A stretch of DNA of 64,000 nucleotides, from positions 558,001 to 622,000 of the forward strand of contig MU053559.1 in assembly GCA_013239625.1 (NCBI GenBank). The letters are read 5' to 3'. This DNA is from Lama guanicoe. Its lineage: Eukaryota. Of this stretch, positions 1 through 22,058 are shown in pieces. Positions within the stretch are counted from its first letter, which is position 1. The number at the start of each line of letters is the position of its first letter. The translations under genes and the position numbers were made by a program. The notes under the pieces were generated by a model. That model ran no database searches. It had not been told where the DNA came from and was given only the letters and a program-made list of their open reading frames with translations.

Positions 1-282
1 ATGGATGCATGGGGCCGGCGTTGGTGGACATGTCTCTGTAGACTGATAGCTGTATGTGGATATGTAGAAAGAAGAAAAAAGGAGGTGGATAAACCTAAAC
101 AAATAGAAAGCACAGAATGAGATCATAAAATCAAATCCAAGTAGTTCATTATGACAAGAAATGTAAATGGACTCAGTTAACCAGTTAACAGGCAGACTCG
201 AGTAAAAGAATTATATACTGACTTAAAAACATGGCTATAAGACTACAGAAAGACTGAAAGCTTGTTCCAGCCCTCTGGGAAC

Positions 283-600
283 CATACGATGTGGTAGACA
301 CAGGAACCAGACCAGGTCCCAGCTCCCATTGGTCACAGTCTGCTGGGGAAGGCAGGAACCAGACCTAGTCTCTGCCCTCATTGGTCACAGTCTGGTGGGC
401 AGACACAAGAATCACACTAGGTTCCAGTCCTCATTGGTCTGGTGGGGGAAGACACAGGAACCAGGACTGGTGCCCGCCCTCAGGGGTCACAGTCGGCTGG
501 GGGAGACACAGGAGCCGGAACTGGTTCCAGTCCTCATGGGTCACAGTCGGCTGGGGGAGACACAACGACCAGGTTAGGTCCTATTGCAGGGGTCACTGTC
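283..600. repeat. Degenerate ~53-bp minisatellite (about 6 copies) in probable EBP intron 1
   Basis: Recurring unit CA(T/G)(T/G)GGTCACAGTC(T/G)G(C/G)TGGG..AGACACAGGAACC.GA.CT.GTTCCAGTCCT at roughly 53-bp spacing. Confidence 0.8.
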
Positions 601-1044
601 TTGCATCATTCAACGAAAAGGTATTACCCTCCCCGTAGTCCTGGAAACTGCAGGACAGAAGAGAGAAGACTAATCAGAACTACGACCCTCAGGTTCAGTG
701 TGTGGGATGGCCCGATTCCTCCTGAAACAGCGCTTCCCGCAGCCAACTTGCAAGAAAGAGGAAGCGGAGGGCAGGGGTCTTGCGCGGGGCGCTAAAGAGG
801 AAAAGGAGGGTCAAGTACAGAGACCACCAATCAGAACTAGAACCCTCTAGTCCAGCTGCCCAATGAGAAGGCGGATCTTCTGTCGTCCGGACGACCGCGC
901 GGTAGCTGGGGGTCCTGCGCAGGCGCGTGGGAATGGCGGGGCAGGGGTGGCGGGGGGAAGGGTCTTGCGTACGCGCGCAGAGGGCCGGCTGTTTAGCAAT
1001 TGAGGCCTAGGGAATGGAGTGGCAGGCCACACGGGAGCGCTTAC

Positions 1045-1130
1045 CCAGCAGCGCGGTTGCAGCAGCTTCTGCCACAGGCTCCCGGGTCCTCTAGGCTAGC
1101 TCGCTGGCTCCGAAATATTCCTAGTTCAGA
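1045..1130 (-). other. EBP: Probable non-coding exon 1 of EBP (sterol delta8-delta7 isomerase); CDS lies left of the window
   Basis: CpG island ~720-1330; strong minus-strand donor CTGG|gtaagc at 1045/1044; lies directly downstream of PORCN on the same strand, as in the conserved mammalian gene order. The TSS is approximate and the identity comes from synteny only. Confidence 0.6.
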
Positions 1131-1139
1131 ACCACCCTC

Positions 1140-1345
1140 TCACAGGTTCCTTGCCTTACGGAGCTGGCCAATGGAAGGGCTGGGAAGGCGGCCTGTGCTG
1201 CTCCCAACCAATAGGAGTTCTCTGTGCACCGCCGGCCCCACCCTCACGCGTGGTGCCATTTTCGCTGTTGGTTGAGACCCAGTCAGGAGTGGAAGAGGCT
1301 GGGAGGGCCAAGGTTGCTGGGCGTTTTCGGCTGGAAACCAATCTG
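1140..1345 (-). promoter_or_regulatory. EBP proximal promoter with CCAAT boxes and an SRE/E-box-like element
   Basis: CCAAT at 1168-1172, 1208-1212 and 1338-1342; GCCCCACCCTCACGCGTG at ~1235-1252; this NF-Y plus SREBP layout is typical of cholesterol-pathway genes. Confidence 0.55.
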
Positions 1346-2136
1346 CAGCTAGTGTCGGTTTTAATTTTTCTATTCCCTTATCAATCACGTTGGAAATTGG
1401 GTGTTTAACCTCCTTATCTGCTGTGGAAACAGCATTGCGTTATGTCCTTTCACCTTTGCCCTCGTTTTCAAAGGCAGAGCAACCAGTCTTCCCAGACCAA
1501 CCTTCAGTCTTAATGCCTGAATGGGCAAGGGAACTGTTAAAATGACAGGCAGATCACATCCTATACACTGCGCCTCTGTCTCTCCCTCTGGTCATCTTCA
1601 CCTCTCCCAACTTCAAGTCAGAACCAGTCAAAACCCAGACCCCTCAGCCTTGCTGGCCAATTGACGTGGAGAACCTCAATCTCCCTGTGCCAACTCTAAA
1701 CAGCCAATCAGAACTCCACAACTCTAAGCCGGTGGGCACCCAGACTGTTCATCAGAGTCCAAACCCATTCCAGGCTTTCTAACCAATTAGAACCCACACC
1801 CCTCACTCCTAAGGACCAATAAGCATCATCTCTTCATCTGGCTTGCTTTCCTTCCTCTGTCCCAGTCAGAGCAACCCATCAGAATGGGGATCCCTCAGTT
1901 TTCCCAGCCAATTAGTATCAGGCGTCCCCCACATCCAACTATCCAATCTATCCTAAGCAGTGTTAGCCTCAGACTTATCATCCAATCATGAATGATAATA
2001 AATTGACCACGAACCAATCACAACCTGATCCCACTTCAGGTGTCCAGCTGCTAAACCTTTATCCATTCTGTGCCTCCTTTCTCACTCCTATTCGCCACTT
2101 AGCAGTGAAGAAAGTACCTTTTGTACATTTCCTACT

Positions 2137-2142
2137 TTTATT
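2137..2142 (-). terminator. PORCN: PORCN polyadenylation signal AATAAA
   Basis: TTTATT on + strand, ~320 nt after the PORCN stop codon. Confidence 0.75.
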
Positions 2143-2299
2143 CGATAATAACAAACCGTATATAAAAAGGGACAAGGAAGGCGGGGAGGCCCTGGATCTC
2201 CCCCTCTCTGCTTCCCCAAGCATCCTCCACCCCTAGGCCCCAGAAGGGACCACTCCCTTCCCGCCTTGTGGTGGGTGGGGATTGACAGGCATGGAAATG

Positions 2300-2333
2300 G
2301 TGTATGTGTGTGTTTGTGTGTGTGTGTGTGTGT
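2300..2333. repeat. (TG)n microsatellite in PORCN 3'UTR
   Basis: Interrupted TG run seen directly. Confidence 0.85.
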
Positions 2334-2463
2334 AGGGGTCTTGGGGGAGGTCAAGGATGGAGAGAGGGTCAAGAATTAGAGAGAGGGCCTTCCTTCATCC
2401 CCCATCAGAGGTGGCACCCTGAGGAGGGGTCTTGAGGGAGCTGTGAGGGTCCACATCTGTGCC

Positions 2464-12136
<9,673 letters not shown>

Positions 12137-12549
12137 CTAGCTGGGATGTCCACGGGGCAGACGATACTCAAGGGATGGACTTGAGCACTCAGATTTCAGT
12201 TTGGTGCTGTCCAACCCTTGTAGAGACACGGTACTGAGGGCTGGGAGAGGGTGTGAGTGTCAGGGACATCAGGCTGAGCCGCCAACTGTGTGTGTTGGGG
12301 TTGTCCTGGGTGCACACACACAGCCCGTAACCTGCGGTGAATGAAAGACCTGTGTTTCTTGTATGCTGGGAACAGTCCGGGTCCGATGGTGATTGAATGG
12401 TGTACATTCTAGGCCCGTATATCAAATGTGGGGGCCTCCCTGGTTTCCAATGTAGAGTCACTCTGTGTGGAGGGCAGAGAGGGAGATCCTGTGACACTTG
12501 GAGGCCGTGTGCATCTCTCCTTGAACGGATGTGGGGGGTGTCCTGTATC

Positions 12550-13330
12550 CCCTGCGCGCCCCATCCCACCCCTACCCGGCCTTTCCCGGCCGCCAACAAA
12601 GCCCTGCCCAGGCCCGGGGGCTGCAGGGAGGTGGAGGTGGTGGGAAGGGACACGGCAGAAGGGGTAGTTGGAAAGGTGATGGAGAGGGGCCCTAGTACAC
12701 GCGCTGCAGACCCGCAAGGGGAGGCCGGCTCAGGATGTGAGCTGGAGAGCCGCGCGTGCACCACCGGCGACCTACCTGGCAGTAAGAAAGCTGAGGTCCA
12801 GGGGGCCGGGGACGCACCGCCGCCGCCACCGCCGCCGCCTCCTCCGGGCAGCCTCCCCCGCAGGCCGCAAGGCCGGGACCAGCTGCGGCTCCCAGGGCGG
12901 CGCGGAGAGCGGGCCCTTTAAATCCCGGGGAGGCCCGGCCGGCCGGCTCAGCCAAGGAGAGGGCAGGGGCGGGGCGGGGACGGAGGAGGAGGGGAGCGGG
13001 AGGATGGAGGGAAGGAGGAGCGGGAGGTTGAGAGGAGCGGGGCGCAGGAGGACGTCGGCTCGCGGAACGTTCATTCCCGCACCTTTCCAACCTCTTGGGG
13101 TGCCAGTCCCTGAACGTTCGTGTCGGGAGGGCTTCTGGCCGCCCGGGAACGAACTGTCCAATCTCCAAATTCCTAATCCTTGGAAGCCCAGATGGGGAGG
13201 ATGGCGGAGGGAGGAGAGAAAGCTTGCTCCCCTACCCGTCCGCCTCGCCCCCGAAACTGCCCACCCGCGCAAGTCAGCTTGACGCCTTTGTGCCCCGGTT
13301 TCATAGATGGGAAAATAAAGCGCGGTCTCT
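12550..13330. promoter_or_regulatory. PORCN CpG-island promoter
   Basis: High CpG density; TTTAAA at 12917-12922; GC boxes GGGGCGGGGCGGGG at 12966-12979. Confidence 0.8.
12776..12890 (-). other. PORCN: PORCN non-coding exon 1 (TSS approximate)
   Basis: CpG island, GGC repeats, donor CAG|gtaggt at 12776/12775. Confidence 0.7.
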
Positions 13331-14050
13331 CCTTTCCCATCCTTTGAGGGAGCTCTGGGAATTCCCAACCTTTCCCCCAACCAGGGACGGACTAGAAACA
13401 TTCACAAGTACTGACTGTGTCACTTAGGAGCACGAATTAGGCTCCTGTGCTTTCCCCTCAGGACTCCTGGTGAGCATTTAGTTTGTCGTTGAGAACTGAT
13501 TTGACTGCTAACTTCTCCGCCGGACTCACTCCTGCACTGAAGGTAACCCAGCAACTATTGAGTTGTCCCGGTGAACCAGGAGATTAGTACGGAGCACTGA
13601 TTGGGAGCACTCATGAAGCACTTACAGCGTCCCCAGCGATGGTTTGTCTTGGGCTCTATCAGCACCAAGTCTGAGGATTTATGCAGCACCGGCTGTTTGT
13701 CTCTCCTACCCGGCTGGTGTCTGGACACTCCACTCTGTCCCAAGGCTGATGAAGGGCCTTTTCCCGGAGCATTTATTGGGCAAATACTACATACTTCGTT
13801 ATGAGATAGAAGGGAGAAGGAAGCCAAGGTCAAGCTGGACCCCACCCTGACCTGAGGAACTAAGGAAAACAGGTTCTAATCAGATTGATGCCTGCCTGCA
13901 TGGAGCTGGGCAAGCCATGCCCACTCCCCAGGCTTCAGTCCCCTTGTGTTAAACAAAAGAGAGGGATTAGCAGTTCTTTGCTTGGAAATACCAATGGCAA
14001 TTGAAGAGAAATGTATGTCTCCTCTCCTAAAAAAAAAAAATAACGTGGTA

Positions 14051-14358
14051 GGGGTGGGTATAGCTCAGTGGTAGAGCACATGCTTAGCATGCACAAGGTC
14101 TTGGGTTTAATCCCCAGTATCTCCATTAAAAAATAAATAAACAGGGTGGGAAGGAACAGACTGGGATTTCAAAATGTAGAATAGATAAACAAGATTATAC
14201 TGTATAACACAGGGAGATATATACAAGATCTTTTGGTAGCTCACAGCGAAAAAAAAAGTGACAATGAATATATGTATGTTCATGTATAACTGAAAAATTG
14301 TGCTCTACACGGAATTTGATACAACATTGTAAAATGACTATTACTCAATAAAAGATGT

Positions 14359-14399
<41 letters not shown>

Positions 14400-14435
14400 G
14401 CAAACAAACCTAATTACCCCTCCAATTTTTAAAAA
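14051..14435 (+). mobile_element. Vic-1-type SINE with a short L1 3'-end (~14142-14365) inserted into its tail
   Basis: SINE body, then L1 3'UTR motif (CTGTATAACACAGGGAG...CAACATTGTAAAATGACTA), (TAAA)n, then the SINE tail resumes with CCTAATTACCCC. Confidence 0.75.
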
Positions 14436-14528
14436 ACGTTAGCATGAAGTTAAATGGAATTTTAACTCATAAATTAATATTTACGTATTACAAATAAAAA
14501 CTATTTAACACAGTAGAATGTATATATC

Positions 14529-14724
14529 CGGTTGACCCTTGAACAACGCAGGTTTGAACTGTGCAGGTCCACTGACGGAGGATATTTTTCAGTGGTAAAT
14601 ACTACAATACTACACTGTTCTTGGTTGGTCGAATCCTTGGATGTGGAGGAACTGCAGATATGGCATGCCAACTATAAATGATATGTTGATTAACACCCGC
14701 CCCCCGTTGTTCAATGGTCAACTC
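14529..14724. mobile_element. Tigger2-like MITE (TcMar)
   Basis: TIRs CGGTTGACCCTTGAACAACG / CGTTGTTCAATGGTCAACTC. Confidence 0.75.
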
Positions 14725-15379
14725 TAATGAGTAATTACATAGGCCAGATGCACCAATACTAATTCCTTCCCTTAACAGCAGAATACAGGTCATACACTTT
14801 ATGAATTAGACTTCATTCTACTTTTTTTTCCATCAGTTTTCAAACATACTCAAGTTGAGTCAACAGTGACCCACAGCACAAGCCAGAAATATTTCCCTCG
14901 GTTGCAAAATCTGGCATTTAAAACTAGGTGATCCTCACCAAGCCAGACCCTGAGCTTCACAGACTTGATTGTTTCCACCTAGTCTTTTGATTTGTGTGAC
15001 AAAGAACTAGTCTCTAGATTCTAGGACATATAAAGGGTATCTACAAATCTATAAGAAAAGGACAAACAATACACTAGAAAATGGACGTGGACATGAATGA
15101 ATAGTAATTCACAGCAAAAGACATCTGAAGTGCACAAGATGTATAATATATGAAAAGATTGCTCAATCTCTTTAGTTATCAGGGAAATGCAAAATTAAAA
15201 CAACAATTAGATACACATCTACTAGGTGTGCTGTTTCATATTTCTACCGCTGGAACTTAGTGGAGAGTGAGCATTCAATAAATATCTGTCAGATTTTACA
15301 GCCTTTGTAGTCATTCTGGGTTATGGTTTCTAGGACATTTTAAATGGTCTCCCTGTAATTAATGAGATGAAAATTAGGA

Positions 15380-18300
15380 CAACGCGATCCCATTTTCACT
15401 TATTAGATTGGAAAGAAAGAAAGAAAGAAAGAAAAAAGAGCCAAGCCTCAAAATAATAACATATTTACTTTCTCTTTCTGTGTCTCTCTCCCTGTCTCTC
15501 TTTTTCTCTCAGTATCTATCTATCTATAATTTTTTCTTAAGTATTTGATAATAGTTGCAGGGGTGATGCCCTTTCAGTTAAATACTTCAGTATGAATTTT
15601 CTAAGAACAAGGACATTTTCTTACCTTTGTACCAGCAAAGTACAACTGTTCCGATTTCTCCACATCTTCACACTTTGTTATCTGACTTTTTGATTCTAGC
15701 CATCCTAGTGTATGCCAACACTGTTCTCTCCTAGGAAAAGGAAATCCTAGGTCACGAGCCGCGTTCCTTTATCAGGTCTTTTTGGTCCCTTTCAATCTGG
15801 AACAATGTCTCAGTCTTCCATTAACTTTCACGATCTTGATGTTTTTGAAGAGCACAGGTCAGTTCTTTGGAAGAATGTCCTTCAATTAGGGTTTATCTGA
15901 TGTTTCCTCAGGATTAGATTTGGATTATGCATTTTTGGCAGGAATTCCACAGAAGTGACGCTGTGTTCTACTTGGTGTATCCAGAAGCACGAAGTATTGC
16001 TTAATTTCAAAATTGTTGGTATTAACTTTGATCATTCGATTAACGTAGTGTCTTCCAGGTTTCTCCTCTGTAAAGGTACTCTTTTCCCTTTGTAATTAAT
16101 AAGTATCTTATAGGGACATACTTTGAGACTATGTCACTCTCCAATTTTTCTTCAAACTTACATTCACTATTTAGCATACATTGATGATTCTTGCCTGAAG
16201 CAATTACTACTATGATGGTGGCCAAAATATGATTTTCTTTTACATGTGTAGCTGGGATTTTACTGTGCCAAAGAGCTTTCTCTTCTTCCCCGTGTATTTA
16301 TTCATTTGTTTATTTGTATCAGTATGAGATTCATAATTTACAGGTTAAAATCAGTTACTACTATATGTATTTATAAAAGTAGCTTAATTGAGATCTAATT
16401 TACATACCATAACTCAAGTTAGTTGTACAATGCAATGGTAGTTAGTATATTTATAGACTTGTGCAGAAATCACCACAATCTAACTGTAGGACATTTTGAT
16501 TACCCCCAAAAGAAACCTTGTGGCCATTAGCAGTCACTCCCTTTCTGCCCCTGACAGCCCTAGATAACCTCTAATCTCTTTCTAGATTTGCTTATTCTGG
16601 ACATCGTATATAAATGAAATCACATAATAGGTCATCATTTGTATCTTGTCTCTGTCACCAAGCATAATTTTTAAAAACTGTGATAAAAATACATGTAACA
16701 TGAAGTTTAGCATCTTAACCATTTTTAAGTGTATTGGTCAGTGGCATTAAGTATACTCACATTGTTGTGCAATCAGCACCACCATCCAGCTCCAGAACTG
16801 TTTTCATCTTTCCAAACTTAAACTCCGTACCTATTAAACATCAGCTCCCTATTTCTCCCTCCTCCAGCCCCTGGCCACCACCATGCTACTTTCTGTTTCT
16901 ATGAATTTGGCTACTCTAAGTACCTCATGTAAATGAAATCATATAGTATTTGCCCTTCTGTGACTGGTTTATTTCTCTTAGTACAATGTCCTCAAGGTTC
17001 ATCCATATTGTAGCATGTGTCAGAATCTCCTTTTTAAAGACTGAATAATATTCCATTTTGGTGTATATGCCACATTTTGTTTATCCAGCTATCCATTGGT
17101 GGACACTTGGGTTGCTTCCTCCTTTCAGCTATTATGAATAATGCTGCTATGAACATGGGTGTACAGATAGCTCTCTGAGTCCCTGCTTTCAATTCATCTG
17201 GGTATATATCCAGAAATGGAGTTGCTGTATCATACGGTATTTCTACTTTTAGTTTTCTGAGGAACCACCATATTGTTTTCCACAGTGGCTATACCATTTT
17301 ACATTCTCACTAACAGTGCACAAGAGTTCTGATAAGTTTAGCCTCACCAACACTTGTTATTTTTTATTTTATTTATTTATTTTATAGTAGTCACCCTAAT
17401 GAGTATGAGGTGGTATCTTACTGCAGTTTTGACTTGTATTTCCCTAATGATTAGTGAGATTTAGCTTCTTTTCATGTGGTTCTTGGCCTCGATGATATAT
17501 ATTCTTTGGAGAAATGTCTATTCAAGTCCTTTGTCCATTTTTAAATGGAGTTGTTTGTTGCTGTTGTTGTTGAGTTGTAGGGGTTCTTTATATATTCTGG
17601 ATATTAGCCCCTTATCAGACAGATATATGATTTGTAAATATTCTTTCCCATTCCATGGGTTGCCTTTTCACTCTGTTGATTGTGTCCTTTGATGTGTGGA
17701 AGTTTTTCACTTTGACCTAGCTAACTTACCTATTTTTTTTGTTGCCTATGCTTTTAGTAGAAATCCAATCCAATGTCATGAAGCTTTCACCTATGTTTTC
17801 TTCTAAGGGGTTTATAGGTTTCAGCCTTACATTTATATCTTTGATCCACTTTGAGTTAATTTTTGTGTAAGATGTGAGATAAAGCTCTGACTTCATCCTT
17901 TTGCATGTGGATATCCACTTTTACCAACACCATTTGTTGAAAAGAATTATCAGTATTTTAATGCTCAGATTGTTCTAGTTTTGGCCAGAGGGAGTCTCTT
18001 CAAGCTGGCTGTGTCCTTTTGACATGTCTCCATCATTTTTAAAAAATTCATTTATTTTTACTGAAGTGTAGTCAGTTTACAATGTTGGGCCAATTTCTGG
18101 TGTCCAGCATAATGTTTCAGTCATACATGTACATACACATATTCCTTTTCATATTCTTTTTTTCATTATAGTTTACGTCTCCATCATTTTTTGAGCACAT
18201 CCTTTCTTTTGATCATATCAGGATGTTTCAGGCCCATCTTGTACTTTCCTAGTCCTGGCCCTGGAGTCAGCCATTTCCCCCAAGGAGACTTGTTTCCTTT

Positions 18301-19590
18301 TAGTGGACAATAGCACTGAGGACACCAAGATCTGGGTCCTAGAACTGCTCATTGCTTCTGTCATGTTGCTGATTCTAGGCCTTCTCAGTGGACAGAGATA
18401 GGATATAAATATGAATGTGTATATGTAGTGAATCCATATATACATATGTATGTAAATCCATACTCACATCTATCTTTCTACCTGTATATTAAAATCCACA
18501 ATAAGTTCTGACTGAAATCTACAATACCAATGTCACAGAGAAGAAAAGCTGTTATTCACAACACCCCAGTGTTCGTAGACTTTTCCTTTTCTGTTTGTAA
18601 CTCCCTTCTCCAACAGTGAGAAACCCGACCCTCATTATCCACAAGAATTTTACTTATTTGCTCAGTCCTAAAATACACATTCATTAATTTCATATTCACT
18701 AACCTGATTCACTGTGGAAGATAAGCCTACCAACCAGAGGCCAGTGTTTGTTACAGTCCTTTTTGTCTTTAGCCTGATGGATACCTTGTTCAAAAGTTAC
18801 TTGGGTTAGTTCTTCCTGCTCCCCTTTGGGTGAGGCTGTATTTGAAATATGACTAAGGTTCATTTGTTTCTGTCTGTGTTCTGTTTTTGGATTCCACCCC
18901 CATCTTTGTTAATTTCATTTATTTTTTTAAGTATGTGAAACATCAAGGTGGTTTCAAAAGTCAGAACAGTATGGGGGAAGTGTATAGCTCAGTGGTAAAG
19001 TACATGCTTAGCATGCATGTGGTCCTGGGTTCAATCCCCAGTACCTCTGTTAAAAAAAAAGAAATTATATCAATAAGTATGTTGTTGTGACAACAAGAAG
19101 TGTCATTTCTCTGTCCCATTCCTTTTAGCTGGCTCCCACCCAGCCCTCTAGGCAACCATTCTCAATAGGTGCTGGTTTAGCCTTTCTACGTTTCTTTTTG
19201 TAAAGATAAGCAAATATACATATGTTTTCTTATATCATCTTGTTTCTTACTCGAGGGGTTGTGTACTATAGATGCTTTTGTGCACTTTGCTTTTTCCACT
19301 TAACAATGTGTCTTGGAAATCACTCCTCCTTCATCCATAGTTTTCTTCCTTAGTCTTTTTACAGCTGCATAGCACTCCATTGTGTAACTGTACCACAGTT
19401 TATTAGACCAGTGTCTGTGTCTAGGAACTGACATTGTGGCCAATATTTTGTAATTATCAATCATGCTACAACGAATTACCTTATGCATATGTATGTTCAC
19501 ATTGTGGGAGGTGTATCTTTAGGGCCAATGGCTCGAAGTGGAATTGCTGGGGCAAAAGAGAAACACATATGAGTTTTTTAGATGTCAGAT
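15380..19590 (-). mobile_element. Cluster of nested old L1M fragments (younger piece ~16670-17945)
   Basis: Antisense L1 ORF2 C-terminal and 3'UTR motifs (GTTTATCCA..., CCTCACCAACACTTG, CATTTGTTGAAAAG). Confidence 0.75.
18973..19060 (+). mobile_element. Vic-1-type SINE
   Basis: Body and poly(A). Confidence 0.85.
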
Positions 19591-19821
19591 TCCCTTGCAC
19601 TGGGGTTGTAAAAAGGACATTTTCAAAAGCACGGAGAAGAAAAGCTGCTATTCACAAGAGAAACCAAACAGTCTTCCTTGCCGCCATTTATTAGTCCATG
19701 TTGGTTTTAAGACTGAGGGATTTAATTTCACAAAGACTGGTTTTTACAGAGCGATTTAATTTCACCAGCATTGTTGGAGCCTCTGCAGGTGGCTACACCC
19801 TCCTGCCACACAACCTGATGC

Positions 19822-20544
19822 TGTTATAGGAACTGTTTAGTTCACAGAAGCAGCAACTGAGGTCACGAGTGATAAGCCATGAGGGGCCCTCTTGGACTGT
19901 CTGCGCTATAGGCAATTTTAGAGATGAAACATTTGTTTCTTTGTGGGATCCCAGGCCTCCCAGGAAAATCTGATTAAAGCCCTCTCCTTAGTAAAAAGCC
20001 GAGAAAGAGAAAAACAGTCCGTGCATCCAGGAGCTGGGCTAGAACTCACAACCAGACCTTGGTGTCCTCCCGTTGAATGTGAAGAGTTTCATAGTGCACC
20101 AGCGCCAGACAAGGTCACTCTGCGACCCGCCAGAGATCAAGACAAGAACAAGACCGCCCATAATCATGTCTGAACACGGAACATGAACACTGGCCAAGCC
20201 ACAGAGATGACCAAGTAGTTCCCTAACCTGGCTATATGCTGCCAATTACAATTACCAATTACAACTTGAGCCTCACTTTAATCTCCCCTCTTTCTAGATA
20301 TTTAAGATCCCTAATCATAGAATCACCCCACCTCCCATCCAGAGCAAAGCCCTACTTCCTTAAACCCTGCCCTAAAGCATGTACCCACTAGCCCAAATCC
20401 TAGAAGTTCTCTCCTGCGTCCTCTACTGAGACACCCCACAGTTCCCCACAGTGTGCATTCTCTCTTGTTGAAACGGGCAGTCAACCAATTTTGTTCAACC
20501 ACCAGTGTACTCCTGGGGGGGTCTTTGGCTGGAAGGCTTTGACA
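19822..20544 (+). mobile_element. ERVL solo LTR (MER73/MER74-like)
   Basis: TG...CA ends; 3' end GTTCAACC...GGTCTTTGGCTGGAAGGCTTTGACA resembles this family (recall); 5' end uncertain. Confidence 0.55.
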
Positions 20545-21934
20545 TCATTTACAGAGCTGGCTGCAATTTCAAGGGCTCTTTGGACCCTCTAGTCCTCAGA
20601 CTCCTAATTAAGTGGGCCGGAGCCTGGAGCATCATTAAATAGATGGAGAAAGTAAGGTCTAGACAGATTAAGTGACTTCCTCAAAGTCCCCGCCTCCGAG
20701 CTGGTAGCTGGATGTGAATTGGAAGCCACGCTGGCTGACCCCAAGGTGAGGTGTGTCCAGCAGACACAGGACCTGTCCCCAAGCCCATTCTAGCCCAGCT
20801 AAACCCCAACAGGGAGGCAACAGCGCCCCCCCACCTGCCCCCGGGGGCCACAGACCTGCCTACAGCACACACACGGGCTCTGATCTGAAGGATGGCTTTT
20901 TTCTCTCCCCGCCCTAGTTTTTTCTTTCTGCTGATTGGAGCAGTAAGATTCCAGGTTGAGGTGAGGGATGCAGGAACCCCCACACCTGGGTTGCTCTCAA
21001 GGCGTTTCAGGCAGTGAGGTCTCAGCCCAAAGGGCTTCCTCTTTCCTGGTCCACCTGCTCTGGTTCCTGGCTCTGGCCCCTCACAACCCCCATCACCAGG
21101 AGCATGCCTCATTCCCATCTTTCTATTTCTCATCTCATACCTCCCTGTCTTGGCCTGTGCCATCCCCTCAGTCTGGAATGCCTTCCTTCCCTTCTCATCC
21201 TCAGCCTCTCCTAATTTCCCTTCAAGACCCAGCTTGGTGTCACCCATGAGGTAGGGGAAACCTTTCCCGCCTCCTGCCTCTGGCACTTCCACACCCTGGA
21301 GAGACCCTCCCTTCATTAGCCTTATCACCCAGAAGCGCCTGTCTCCCTGCTAGGCAGGGCCTGCATATCTGTTCTGTCTGGGGCCCCCAGTTTCTGCACT
21401 GGGCTGAGCTGGGCTGGGCTTCCAGGCAATGCCCAGCAAGTGCTGACTACAGGACCCCATCAAGCAGCTGAATAGTGTGGGTGAAGGAGGGGTGGTAAGA
21501 CTGGCCTCTGCCTGCCTGGAGACCACTTGGGATGGGGCTGCCAAGGGGACTCTCTGGATCTGGGGGACCCCAAGTTTCACCCTGCAATCCTATTGCCCTC
21601 AGCTTCCTGCCTTAACCCATCTACCAGCTGCTGCCCCCTCCACAGCTCTTGGCACCCCAGGGCCTCCTGGCACACCGTCCCCTTACCCCAGGTCCCTCTG
21701 GTGCCCCACGATCTGACTATACTGACCTCATGTTGAGCTGTTTAAGCTGTCCCCTTTTCCCGACAGGGTCTGACACCTGGAAGTATGCAGCACAGGGGTT
21801 GGTTCAACCATGTCATCCCTACTGCACGTCCTCGACTGTCCTGCTGGCTCTTGGTCCCCTATGCAAGACAACACCATCTCACAGAGCCAACAGTGTCCAA
21901 TGCTTATGACAAGGAGTCTAGGATGGCTGGCTTT

Positions 21935-22058
21935 CTTTCTTTCTTTCTAAGGTTTATTTATTTATTTTAATGGAGGTAACTGGTTATTGAACCCAGGACC
22001 TCATGCATGCTAAGCACGCGCTCTACCACTGAGCTATAGCACTCCCCCCTCCCGCCCC
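21935..22058 (-). mobile_element. Vic-1-type SINE
   Basis: Reverse body and tail. Confidence 0.85.

Noticed and set aside
12189..13427. Several long overlapping ORFs at the PORCN promoter (similar ones at 58314-59099 and 46741-47349)
   Set aside because: Expected in GC-rich, stop-poor DNA or antisense to real exons; no recognisable protein
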